Source of the DNA: Lama glama
Lineage: Eukaryota
Direction of reading: 5' to 3'
Assembly: GCA_028534125.1 (NCBI GenBank)
Contig: CM052817.1
Span: 51,772,001 to 51,836,000 of the forward strand
Length of the DNA stretch: 64,000 nucleotides
Positions within the stretch are counted from its first letter, which is position 1. Each line of letters starts with the position of its first letter. Under the pieces are notes generated by a model, which saw nothing but the letters and a program-made list of their open reading frames with translations, was not told where the DNA came from and made no database searches. Shown here piece by piece: positions 1 through 11,879 of this stretch. Both the position numbers and the translations under genes were made by a program.

Positions 1-2161
1 TGGGAGGTCAGGATGGACGGAGTATGTTGAAGTGATTAAAATTTGAAGTTACAGTATAGATTTCCTCTTTTTCACAAAAGAACATTATAAATTAATTTGG
101 ATTCAATTTATTTGCTTCCTTTGCAGCTTTGGTGTATATTTTGGACAGTAAATTGAGATGAAAGTTAAACAGACACATAGCTTTCATCCATATCTCACTT
201 TGGTTGAGAATTTTCTAAGGAATGTCCATATGATTTGAGAAGAGGTATTCCTCCGCCCCAAAAGAGGAAAGATTTCCTTTCAAAAACATGTGTTCACCAC
301 TGGATATGTCACCAATTGGGAAGTGCCAATCTCATCTATGAATGTGAGAAGTGGAACAAAGAGACAGGCAGCTTTTACGACATGCAGTGAGTCAGTGATC
401 CGGGGCAAGGTTTGACAAATCTTGATTGTGTGATTTCTTATCCTCTTGCTTCATATTGTCACCTACCAGACAACTAAAAATAAAATATAGATTCAGTAAT
501 TTTAGTACGAAAGATGGATTTGTCAAATTAAACAATGTTATTTTAACTATTAGTAGCAATACCTTTAGGGCATAAGTCTTTCTCGGCATTTAACTTAGAA
601 AAATAGGCACAAGCAAGGAGTAATTTTCAACTTACTGACATCTGTTGAAGTCACTCAATTACTACTTCTATCAATTGTAATTTGTTTCCTAATCTCGCCA
701 TTTGCTCATGACATATAGTTATTCTTCTTGGCCATTGAAATGTATGAATTGTATGTAAAAATGTAGAAACTTTGATTTTTCCCATTTAAAAAGATGAATG
801 TGCATGGTCTTTTATTTCTTGTAGTTGATTTACTAAGTCAGTGTTCCAAAGTTGTAGGATAACTGTAAAAATTATATTCCAATATTCTATCTAAACTTAA
901 ATGTGGCCAGCATTAGTAGTTTCAGAGTTGCCAAAACAATGCAGAACGTCCTTAACTCAGTATGTAAAAGAGTTTTAACCAGTGTGCAATGATGAAGAAA
1001 TAGTTTCCTATCTCAAGTTTAAAATGGAAAATTAATATCAGTTGAGCACTTAGTGTGTTTGCATGTCTGCTATCTAAACTCCACGTGAAAGTTAAAGATT
1101 TTTTTAACACCATTCTTTCTCCCATTTAAAGTGGGTTTTCAGAAGCACAAGCAGAGATATTTACCTGTGGAAGAAATTTTGGGCTGTAATTGTGCATTGA
1201 ATGGCAAATGCCATTTGAGTCAGATGTTAGAAATTTACTAGATGTTTGATGTTGCATAGTAGAATAAGATCCTTTTCTCATTTTGTTCCTTCTAAAAATA
1301 AGAAAAAAGAAAGCTAAATATGATAGTAAATTGTCTTTGCTTATGTCCTGCCAGATGTTTAACCTCAAAATAAATTAAAAAGTAGGTACAATAAGATGAT
1401 GATGATGATAATGAATAAACAAAGTGCTAGTTTTATTTGAAATTAATAACTAGTCATCATTTTTTCAACTCTGTAGCACAGCTGGTTACATTGAATATTT
1501 TTCTCTATTATGCTGTTAATTATATAGTAATGTATCAAAGCAGAAATAGATAAGAAGTTTCTTTTTATTTCTTGTTCATTTATGAAAAAGTCTTTTTACA
1601 CATAAATGATTGAATGTTCTTGTTCAAAATGACCACATAATTATTGCTTAGGAGAAGACACCAATTCTTTAAAAAAAAAAAAGAGTCCGTTTATAATAAT
1701 CAGAATCAAATGTCATTTGTCTCTTCTAAATGTAAATGAAAAAAATTGAAGGTGGCAAAATATGTCATGTTTATTCAGACTGGGCTATATTATCAGTAGA
1801 AGTTTCAGTGGTCAAAATGTTTGTGCATCTTTAGACTGCTATAGTTTTACAATTACTTATTCTAAAGTGTGTAAATTTCATTTATAAAGTATTAAAAGCT
1901 AGACTCAGTCATTTGTTAATCTGTTTATTGAAATGTTTTAGTTTCAGGCAGGTCAGAAGCAGCTGTATAACGAATCTTATTCTCTGTTAGGCATGGGGAC
2001 ATCTCAAGTCCCTGCCTCAGTGTTAATTCAAGGAAGAATCAGCGTTTCTGTATTTTTTCCCCATTTGAAGCTATGTGCATTTGGTTTGTGTACATGTTTT
2101 TGTAGTGTAAGATACGAAATTTTATATTTTTTCAGAAAATAAAAAAAAGACTTTGAATACA
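1..2161 (+). other. Probable distal 3'UTR / terminal exon of an unidentified upstream gene
   Basis: About 2.9 kb with no recognisable repeats, T-rich, no long ORF. It ends in a TGTA cluster (2089-2109), AATAAA 2138-2143 and a CA at 2160-2161. The gene is not identifiable from sequence. Confidence 0.55.
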
Positions 2162-2200
2162 GTTAATTCCAATTGTCATGCTTGACCCTTCCCTAAAGAT
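2089..2200 (+). terminator. Candidate cleavage/polyadenylation site
   Basis: Canonical AATAAA preceded by several TGTA (CFIm-type) motifs, with a CA about 17 nt downstream. Confidence 0.55.
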
Positions 2201-2984
2201 TTTAAACTTAGAATCTTTGTATAATGATTTTGGTTCCTTCTGATAAAAATATTGGAATTTGCAAAATATTTAAACTGCAATTAACATCCAGTTTCCCCAA
2301 AAACATATTCATGAATCTTTGCATTCATATATGGTTTTGCAACTGGAGTTCTATACTGAGATTGTAGGACACTAGCATAATTATGTGAAACCTAATTAGA
2401 AGTTTATTTGTGACAGTGTTATACAACATTACTTGAAAAAAAATAACCAAGAAACTTTACTGTCTACAAAAAGACTTTCCTATGACTTTCTCATCAACAA
2501 GCCTCTGCTGGTGGCCTGGGGTGAAGAGTTTCATTCTTACAGGAAGGGGTGTCGTTAAGCACAAACGCTCCCTCTCCTTTGTGTATGGTGCCATATTGGT
2601 CTCCTTTTGTAAAGAGAATAGCCAATCAATAATCTGCTGTATTCACAGAAATGAATTGTATTTGTATTTTGTTTGTATTTATATTCATAAAAAGTGACAT
2701 CACTATGCCTACGGAAATTATCTATAACTCCTTTGTGTATAAAATCACTATTACAAGGGTATTTGCTTTTTACTCATGTAAAGATGGAATTCTTTCAGCA
2801 AGTAGACTGTTCTTGCTCTTGCTTTGCCACAGAGTAAAGACTGTGATAAACAGGACTGTCGCCCAATCCGATAGGCGCTCTTGACCAGGTAGGAGGGATG
2901 AGGTAGTGGTAAAAAGTTTACATTTAACAAAAACACACTATTTTGTGTTAGAATTTTTCACACTTATTTTTTGAGATACACTTT

Positions 2985-3135
2985 ATTGTCTCTGCTTTAC
3001 TGAGGAGGAAACCATGACTCAAAACTGTTAAGAAATTGCCCAAGGCCTGACTTCTCATTAACGGTAGGATTAAATCCACAGTTATCTGAGACCAAAAGCA
3101 TGACATTTTTACCACACTATTCTGATTCCACACCA
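2985..3135 (-). mobile_element. MIR SINE fragment
   Basis: tttactgaggaggaaacc...gttaagaaattgcccaagg matches the reverse MIR core. Confidence 0.7.
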
Positions 3136-4062
3136 TGCTATCTAGATAATGGATTTATTTCAGCCAATCTTCTAATTTAATTGATGTAAGAACTGAAGGT
3201 TAATGAGAAAAAATGTAAACCTTGGGTGGGAACCAGGGTCTGACTGATACATTCCTAACATATTCAGTTTTCAGAATAAGCCAGACTTTGGGAGTTGAAA
3301 ATATTTTTTCTTATTTGTGATCTACCACTGAGTCACAGCACAATCTAATGCAGTATATTTTTCTAGTATATGTCAGAGTTTTCTCAACTGCAAGGTTAGA
3401 AAATTGTCATAAATATGTATTACTTAATTCAAGCTGTGATTTCTGAACTTCATTTATGAAACTTTGAAGTCTACAGGTGATTCACTGCCAAATTATTATT
3501 ATTCAAAGTAAAATAAGTTGATGTTTATGAAAATCCACAGTAGTCATTCAAATTAAGCAGAGTTTTATATAAAATACTAAATGTATTTTTACTTGAATTT
3601 AGCAGATAAAAATAACGAATTGGAATGAAGTTGGCAGAAATACTGAAATATGGATGAAATTTTTTTTCACAGCAAGAGTTATTAGTTCTTAAATCATCCC
3701 TCTAGTTTTCTTAATAGTTGACTGTGAAAAATACTAGTATGTTGGGATTAATGTCAACTTGAAGTTTCTTAGTGATCTTTAGTTTCCAGAAAGTAAAAAT
3801 TTTCATTCAATCCTCACAAGAGTTCTTTGAGTAAGACTTTTATTCTATTTTTCTTTTGAACAAAGGAGGAAATGGAACCCATGCAAGTTAAGTGATTTGC
3901 ATCATATCCCCTAACTCATTATCCCTTCTCTCTTTTAACGTTAACTCTTGCCTCGGAGTTCCAGGTGATGCTCTTTTCCCCACATGTTGTGGAATCTGCC
4001 CTTGAATATCCTCAGCTTCAGTCTCCGTGGCTCCCTTTACCTTACCCTGCACATCTATGTGA

Positions 4063-4290
4063 GGGAGCACGTAGCACTGTGGCTGCCTGGAGCCACTGTT
4101 TCCTTTCCTGCTGTCACTTAATTTTTGTGTGATCCCAGGCAAGCCATTTAACATCCCTGCTTCCAGTTCCTTATCTATTAAATGAGGAAATAATACGACT
4201 GTTATAAGACTGTAAGAATATGGAACTAGAGAGTGAAAGTACCCACCACATAATGCCCACCACATAATAACTTCAGTAAATGTTGTGTAT
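4063..4290 (+). mobile_element. MIR SINE
   Basis: ctgtcacttaa..tgtgtgatcccaggcaagccatttaac..cagttccttatctattaaatgagg..cagtaaatgttg is collinear with the MIR consensus. Confidence 0.75.
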
Positions 4291-4404
4291 CTTTATTCAT
4301 CCTACTCTACCATTTCCTCACTGTTGAAACATGAGTTACCTTAACATTCTTATTTCTTCCTTTTATTAATTTCACTACACTCATTCCTCTCACTCTATAT
4401 TCGT

Positions 4405-4711
4405 TTTAAGTTAATGTTATCAAACTTTCAAACGTATAAAATTTGATAAAATGTTAATAAATTCCCTTGTACATATAAGCCAGCTTCGAAAATTATCAAA
4501 CCAATGCCAACTTGCTTTGTATGTAATTCCACAGACTCCTTCCTCTCTCAGATTTAAAAAAAAATGCCAGTTACTGTATCATTTCATAAATAAATATTTC
4601 AGTGTGTATCTCCAAAACAGATTTTTAAAAATATAAGCATAGTACTACTGCACTACCTAAAATTTCACAATCTTTTAAAATATTTTCAAATATCCAACCA
4701 GTATTTCCCTG

Positions 4712-4756
<45 letters not shown>

Positions 4757-5100
4757 TTACAATTCCCTTGAATCAGTATCCAAATATTCCTTTTATTTCC
4801 TGTAAATTGACAATTTGGCTTATAGATTTAGGTGAGTCAGATTCAGGTTTGATTTTTTAAAAAATCATAGGTACTTGCATTAGTACACACTTAAAGTCAA
4901 GCTATCTTTCTATGATGTTAACAGCAACTGATGATCATGGCCAAATTGTTATCCATTTAATAATTTCAAGTGGTGACTTTCATCATTCTTTCTCCATTTA
5001 ATTGCTATACTACTTTTATAAAAATTAATTTCCCTTGATCAACTATTTAGTTACTCTGAGACAGAGTTTACATAGATAAAGCAGAACAGTGTGTTGGTGT
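4405..5100 (-). mobile_element. Old L1 3' end (L1MC4/5-like)
   Basis: tatcatttcataaataaatatttcagtgtgtatctc and flanks match the reverse L1MC 3'UTR. Confidence 0.7.
4713..4756. repeat. (TTA)14 microsatellite
   Basis: Perfect TTA tandem array. Confidence 0.97.
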
Positions 5101-5279
5101 TATTTTTTTCTGTCATTATTTAAAAGTACACAAGCGTTTAAATGTGCCTCCTGTGGCCCTTGGACCTGATGGCATATTTTACTGACTTTCTTTCCTCAGT
5201 TCCTCTAGTCTCATCTTGACTAGCATCTTAATAACATTAAAAAGTTCCTTTTGATTTTATGTCTACCTCATATATCCCC

Positions 5280-5790
5280 CCTTTCTTGGCATCCAAGAAC
5301 TCAGTCTTTCTTGCTTTGCCTACATTTCTGCTCATTTATCTTCAGTCATTTCCACTATCTTTTATTATTCTGCCTTCCTTTTAAATAGTGAAATTGCAGG
5401 ATTGTGTCTTTACTACCCTTTCCATCCCATGCTGTATACTTTCCCTTGGAAGTTGCATCAACTCACAAATCTTCAATTTTAACATGTGTGGGAATGGAAT
5501 TCCATACTGAATCTTCAATGCCTATCTTTCTCCCAAAATATAGCTCCATGTGTGTACATTTTTACTAAAACTCTCCAAATGGCTATAATGTATACATTTT
5601 AAAATCAGCATATCCCAAACTGACTTCCTTACCTGCAACACAATTTATATTTCATTCCATACTCCCAATAGAAGATACTACCTTATATGTAGTTGACAAA
5701 GTAGATATCCAAAATTTATATTTTAAATTTTGTTTGCCCTCAGCTCCATCTAAAACTTGTAAAATGTTATTAGTTTCAGATTGAATATTT
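5280..5790 (+). mobile_element. L2 LINE fragment
   Basis: Pyrimidine-rich L2 3' region, e.g. aaaatcagcatatcccaaactgacttcc. Confidence 0.6.
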
Positions 5791-7699
5791 CTCAGGATGT
5801 ATTATCAGCAAATGTAGAAAAAATAAGAAAAATTCAAAGATCATACTGAGTAGGAAACATAGCCTAGAAAATTAAATATATCACCCAGAACCAAAAAGAC
5901 ACTCTTGCTTGATACTTTATTGTATACATTTTTATGGTGGGGATTTAATAGGACTCTTACACCGTTGAGCAATCAATTATAAACATACAGCATATTTTTA
6001 TCCAAAATTTTGTAACATAGTATAATTTGAATCATGAAAGAAAAACTTAGAAGGCATCAGATTAACTGATCTTTTGTCCCAATAAATAGACATACCCCAC
6101 GGTGCTCTGAAACCATGTCAGCAAACAAATTGATTTGGATTATACTGAAAATATTTTTTCAAGATAATAAAAAATTTAGTCACAGTCATTTGAAAGGATA
6201 AAACCTTGAAGGGTTTTCACTCTGATATAAGGATAAAGTAAACTGATTTACTGCGTGCTCCCTGGAGTGGTAACAGCTCTAACCATATCAGGTATGGCGG
6301 TCAGACCAAAGAACAAATGTTTTACAATCATCTGTTTTTTTCTCTACAAATATGTGAAATACAGTTATAATGAGTATTAATATCAAAGAAAATATTTCAG
6401 AAATGTGCAGCCTCAGTGTGTTTTCAGGGCAGATATGTGGCAGATTTCTCAGTCCTTTGCTTTGTTAATGCTGAAGAAGGGACAAGAAATTAGGATCTAA
6501 TGTCTGTGGGGAAGCACAGATCTTTCTCAAGATTTGATGAATGTCCCTCATGTTTATTCATGAACTGTCCCTTCAGTTCCATCAAAGCACATGGTCCTGA
6601 TTGTCCATAACACAAAAAGAAAGTTTCCAACAAATAAATGCTCCTTGTTCTAGATGAAAAAAAAAAAAAAAAGTGGTCCGAAGGTCGATTTCAAATAGGT
6701 TTTGAAAACTCTGCTTATATTATTCTCTATTGGAGCATCACAAAACATTTTAGAAATACGAAGCCTCAACTAATAAGTTTAGTTCAATGAGTCTCCAGAC
6801 GTGTGACCATGGAACTCTCTTACCTGGTAGGCGTTATTACTACTACCACGTGGTAATTCTGAGAGTGAATTGTCATTTTTGTGAGCACTCCTCAAGTTAA
6901 CTATAAGAATGCTGTATTTTCTCAACCAGTGTTGCTGTGGGAAAGCAGTGACAAGAATATATCCCCTCTGGGTCGTATCAGTGGTATTATATCTGAATAA
7001 TGATTCATCCATACTCATGCCTGCTTTGCCTGGAGACCAGTGCACTAGCACAATTACGATGCAGCTGGACGGAGCTGAGTGGTCCCTAAGACAAATAAAA
7101 ACAAATTACTCAAATCCACTCTCTTGGAACTGCACATTATATTTCATGATTTTCTGATGCTTAGGATATGGCCTTAAAATAAGGGTTCACTGAATAAGAC
7201 AGTAAAACAAAAATTATTACCGTGGTGAATGTGTCATTTGCTATTAAAAGTTACAGAATTACTCTTTGAATATTCTAAGTCAAAGAAGGCAGCAGACTGG
7301 GGAAATGGAGCTTTTCTGAGAAAAAAACAAAGTGTGTAACAAGCAGCTTTTGATGGAGAGAGCATCTTAGTAGAAACGAGTGCATCAGCACAATGCATCC
7401 CCCTGAGGAACTGAGGGAAAAGAGTCCGCCGGGTCCTGGAAATAAGACTGAAAATCGAGAAAGCATTGTGCACACACACACACAGACACATTTTGCTAAA
7501 CTTTAGATTAAGGATGTTATGTGTAATGTGTGAAAAAAAGAGGTATAAAAATAGAAGTACATATATGTAGGACTCAGAAAATTGGAGAATAAATGAAATA
7601 AAAGAAATACATATAACAATTTTACATAGATATTTCTGAAGAAATGACCTAGAACCAACAGTCAAAAACAGGCATTATTAACCTTGTGAACATTATTTA

Positions 7700-7827
7700 A
7701 TGCCTCTGGATGACAGCCTTGGAGAATTGGGGAACAGTGCAAAACCTGGAATTCTGGAGAGAGTACTCACCAGCATCATTAAATTCTCAAAGGGTTACCT
7801 GACCACAAAATATTAAAAATCATGACT
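7700..7827. mobile_element. hAT-Charlie-type MITE remnant
   Basis: attctcaaagggttacctgaccacaaaatattaaaaatcatg resembles Charlie-family ends. Confidence 0.4.
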
Positions 7828-8489
7828 TAAAGTAATTGTTGAATATCCTTTAGTCAGTGACATCTTGTATTTGTAAGCAAGCAATTTGTAATAGGACTTT
7901 CCTAATATTTTCACTTACTTTTCCAAAGGTTAAGTCCTAGGGAGTAGTTCTGAGAGATTACTTTCAGAAGATTAACTTTTTTGTATCTTTTGGCCAGTGG
8001 ATAAAATATATTGATGGTAATAGCTTCATAATATAGTCGAATCTAGAGATAACATAATCTGATTTCTATTTATTATGAACTAAATGGAAAACTATTCTAA
8101 CACTAAACAAATTCCACTATGTAACCAAAACAATGGTGTTATCATAGACGACAGCTTTAAAAAATAGTAAGGAGTCATCTAACTACTAAATTACATGGAT
8201 GTGAAATCTAATGTGTTTGCTTTCACAACAGGATTTTTAGCACAAATTTATTTCTTAAACCTAAACTCAAAGTTTATCCCCAGCTGGTGGCAATACATGC
8301 CTGTATCACTTTAGTGGCTAGCATTCACACATTCACATGACTATTACGTTAAGGAATGTTCCTATTACTAGAACTAGTTTTGATATTTTGGCTGATCAGA
8401 TGAGTTTTAATAGTTCATATAGATCCCTTTTCCAACATTCACTTATTCATCTTCTCATTCATTTAAGCACTTTTCATGTTAGACATTCA

Positions 8490-8610
8490 GACCCCTGGGC
8501 TATAGACGTAGCACAAAACCTGGCTCTGTCACTTACTAGTGTGTGACTTTGGGAAAGCTGGTGCACACCTCCAGCCTCAGCCTCTTCATCTGTAATAAAT
8601 ATGGACGAGA
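8490..8610 (+). mobile_element. MIR fragment
   Basis: cctggctctgtcacttactagtgtgtgactttgggaaag..cctcagcctcttcatctgtaa. Confidence 0.8.
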
Positions 8611-8629
8611 ATACATTTGCTATAAGTAC

Positions 8630-9070
8630 TTCCCTCACCTCGCACTCTTTTTGCTCTTGTCACATAGATCTGCAAGCTACTGTCTACCTCAGGATCATTG
8701 TATGTGCTCTTTCCTACACCAGGAACACTCCTTCCCCTGCATTTTGTAGGGCTCATTATTTTTTTTTAAACATTTTTTATTGATTTATAATCATTTTACA
8801 ATAGGGCTCATTATTCTTAAGGTCTCTGATTAAATGTCTGCCTGGTTACTCACTCAGCTTGTCTAAAATTATCACACCATGCCCCATCTTTCTTCAAAGA
8901 AACTTCTAAATATATAGTTGTTTCGGTTGTCTATGTCATTGTTTGTTTATTCTTTTCTTTCCCTCTGGAATATAAGCTCAATAAAAGCAGAAATCAGGTC
9001 TCTTTTGCCAAGTGCTGTGTCCCTATCAGCCAGCCCCATTCTTGGATCAGCACAGGCACAGTCATCAATC
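8630..9070 (+). mobile_element. L2 3' end, interrupted by an L1 stub
   Basis: acctcagga..tgtgctctttcct..ctggaatataagctc..tgctgtgtcccta, typical of the L2 3' terminus. Confidence 0.75.
8761..8801 (-). mobile_element. 41-bp young L1 3' stub with TSD
   Basis: Flanked by perfect 14-bp direct repeats TAGGGCTCATTATT (8747-8760, 8802-8815). Poly-T plus tttattgatttataatcattttacaa. Same family as 31038-31111. Confidence 0.85.
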
Positions 9071-9482
9071 CTTTTTCTAGAAGGCTGCCCCAAAGCCTGG
9101 TCAAGATGTGTTTCTTTGTCACCAATTCTTGAGGCAAAGTAAGCCCTCATATTAGTACATATGATGTGATCCAGTGAATGTTAGGTTTTCTGCAATAGGT
9201 TGTATAACCTTTCCCCAGAATCTTTTTGGAGACTAAAGCAGGAACATCAGACAGGAGGTAAGTGGTGTTGTTTCCAATTATTGCTATTGAGGTTACTGTT
9301 GATTTATTGTGATTTCCAGGAAAAGACTCAAGAAGCTGTAAGTTATCAAGTGAGACAGATCAATAAAGAAATTAAGTACACTAAAGCATCATGTGCACAT
9401 GGGGTTTTAGGTAGAAGAAAGAAGGAAGAGTCAATCTCAGATGGCTAAGGAAAGGCTTCTTCATGGAGTTTACATTCTAGAG

Positions 9483-9676
9483 GTATACTGTCCAATATGG
9501 TGGCCCCTAGCCAAATGTGGCTATTTAATTTTAGATTTGAATTAATTAAAATTAAAAATTTAATTCTTCCATCTCATTAGCCATATTTCAAGTGCTCACA
9601 TGTGGCTAGTCGTCATCCTAAGAGACAATGCAGATATGCAACAGGCCTATCATTGCAGAAATTCTATTCAACACTG
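9483..9676 (-). mobile_element. MER3 (hAT-Charlie) inserted in a minus-strand L2 (~9300-9980)
   Basis: ctgtccaatatggtggcccctagccaaatgtggctattt...tttcaagtgctc. Flanks ttctagag/atctggag resemble the Charlie NTCTAGAN target. Confidence 0.85.
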
Positions 9677-10704
9677 ATCTGGAGAACTGACAGTCTTATA
9701 GGTCATTCTGTGGGAGGATGTCTTAGAGATGGCAAAAATCAAGTCAAGAGAACCAATTAGCATAGAGATGCAGTAAGTGAGGTAAATGAGAAATGCTTAA
9801 ACCAGGACATACTCTGGGGGGAGGGGTGCTATTAGAAAGGAAGGAATTAATAAGAAAGAACTTAAAGAGGTAGAATCCACAGGACACATGGATGGATTGA
9901 TGCCATCTGTTTAGGAAAAGAGAAGGATGAGTCCATACCTGACTTGAGTGGCTAAGTGGCTGCTTCCCATGATTAAAATGAATATAAAATGTTCTATCCT
10001 GTGGATGAGAGTGAGCTTCAACAAATCTAGCCTAGTTCTTTCCCTGGTTATATCTCTGCCCCAAAACAGAGACCAAGCTTTCACTGCTTATCTGCAGGAC
10101 CCTGGATCTCAGCTCTGGTCTCAGTGACTGTTCAAATATGAAAACATTCATGTCTACACAAATAAGCAACAGCCTGCCACACAGCGCAGTTCCAATCTAT
10201 ATCTGGAAAAGAACCATTTCTCTGAAAAATATCAACACAATTTTTATTGACAAAACGCTGACTCAAAAAGGCATGGCCATCAATCTACATTATCAAGAGA
10301 ACACTGGGCTTCAAAGGTGAAAATTCCACAATTACCTCAAAGATTTCATCCCAAATATGGTTTGTTTATTTACTGTGTACCTCTGGAATTAAAGGGATCA
10401 TTCGTGAGACTCTCCTAGAATACCAGAATAAAGAATAAAAAGGAAATTCAAAGAAGGTTGGAGGTGGGGGATAAAGGTTTATGTGCTCCACTTTTTGGAA
10501 GACAGGAAATTGCAGCTGTGACATTACACTTTCATTTCCCCAGTTTCTCAAAGTCCCACCAATGTTTTGGGAGTTTCATTCAAAGCTCTGCAATTCACAT
10601 AATCAAATTCCTGGGAATTATTGCTAAAGCACTGGAGAATGATTGAAGGTACAATGGGAAAGGACATAGAGGAACTAGCTGCTCATTCTGTCCCCCACCC
10701 CCCA

Positions 10705-10960
10705 CAACATTTTAATATGCATTCTCTGAAAGCAGTGGCTGAGGCAAAGCCTTGGGTACATGAGTCATTTGGGAGATGATTCCACAAAGCCAGAGTGAGG
10801 AAAGAAAAAGGAGGAAAAGCCAAAATGATAATCCTGTAGACACCGAGGACTTTATTTCTTCCCAGGATCCTGTGTTTTATAAGTGAAATCTGATGGAACA
10901 ACGAAGCATGTGTGTGTGTGTGTGAGGGTGGGGCAATGGGGAAGGAGAGTACTTGGATCC
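10705..10960 (-). mobile_element. LTR16-family (ERVL) LTR, 3' part
   Basis: gaaagcagtggctgaggcaaagccttgggtacatgagtcatttgggagatgattcc matches the reverse LTR16 3' end. Contains a (TG)n at ~10909-10924. Confidence 0.7.
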
Positions 10961-10979
10961 TGGCTTCTGAACTGCCCCA

Positions 10980-11753
10980 CCTCTCAGCACCTCCCCGGAG
11001 CGGCGCTACACTGCCTGCTTCCCTCCCATTAGCACCACAAGTGCCTAAATTCCCAGACCCACCCTGGCCATAGACTATGGCTACCAGACCTCCCTTTCCC
11101 TTAGCAACCAGGTCACATCATGGCGAGGGGTCCTCGTTCCACCATCCCCATTTGACCCCCACAGCAGCCTGGGGAGGAAGGGTTGGCAATGGGCCACATC
11201 CCCCACAGGGTCTTGTAGTGGACTGTGACAACTGCAGTCCTGGTCCTGGCCACCAGCATCATGGCAGGCAACTAGGCAAGGACAAGCCTCAAGCCGATCA
11301 GTAATCCAGACACCTAGTGCTTCCCAACATGGAGGTTGCAATCCTGTGGGAGTCACCCAGTCATCACGGGTTGGAGCTGTGAGCCCCTGGAAAAGGGACA
11401 TTGACTCCCCACTCACATTCTCCACCTGATCTGCATAATGTGTCTGTCATGCAGCTGGCAGAAGGGCCAGCCTGACAACCTAACAGCCACTCATGCAAAT
11501 GCTGAGTTGAGGGGATATCCTGGGCATCTGTGAAGATCTGCACTCTCCCTAGAGTACCTCCTTACTGGAGGGAACATGACATTAAGTAGCAAATTTAAAA
11601 TAGCCTGACTGGTCAAGGAGATTAAAAGGAAGAAAGAAAAAAATTTTGAACTACATTTTAGTATATTTAACAGCATTCTCTTTCTGCTTTTCGAACAAGG
11701 AGTTTTGCATTTTCATTTTGCAATGGGCCCCACAAATCATGTAACCAGCTCTG
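10980..11753 (+). mobile_element. MER45B/C-like (hAT-Tip100) DNA transposon, 5' truncated
   Basis: End gaacaaggagttttgcattttcattttgcaatgggccccacaaatcatgtaaccagctctg and internal agagtacc..gagggaacatgacattaagtagcaaat match MER45. Confidence 0.8.
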
Positions 11754-11782
11754 TTAGAGGGAAGCAGCAAACTCTAATCTCT

Positions 11783-11850
11783 CTTATATATATATATATG
11801 TTTTTTAACTGAAGTATAGTCAGTTTACAGTGTTGTGTCAATTTCTGGAA
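11783..11850 (-). mobile_element. Short L1 3' stub with (TA)n tail and TSD
   Basis: 8-bp direct repeats TAATCTCT (11775-11782, 11851-11858). Body ctgaagtatagtcagtttacagtgttgtgtcaatttctgg. Confidence 0.8.
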
Positions 11851-11879
11851 TAATCTCTAAAACAAGATATAACACAGAA

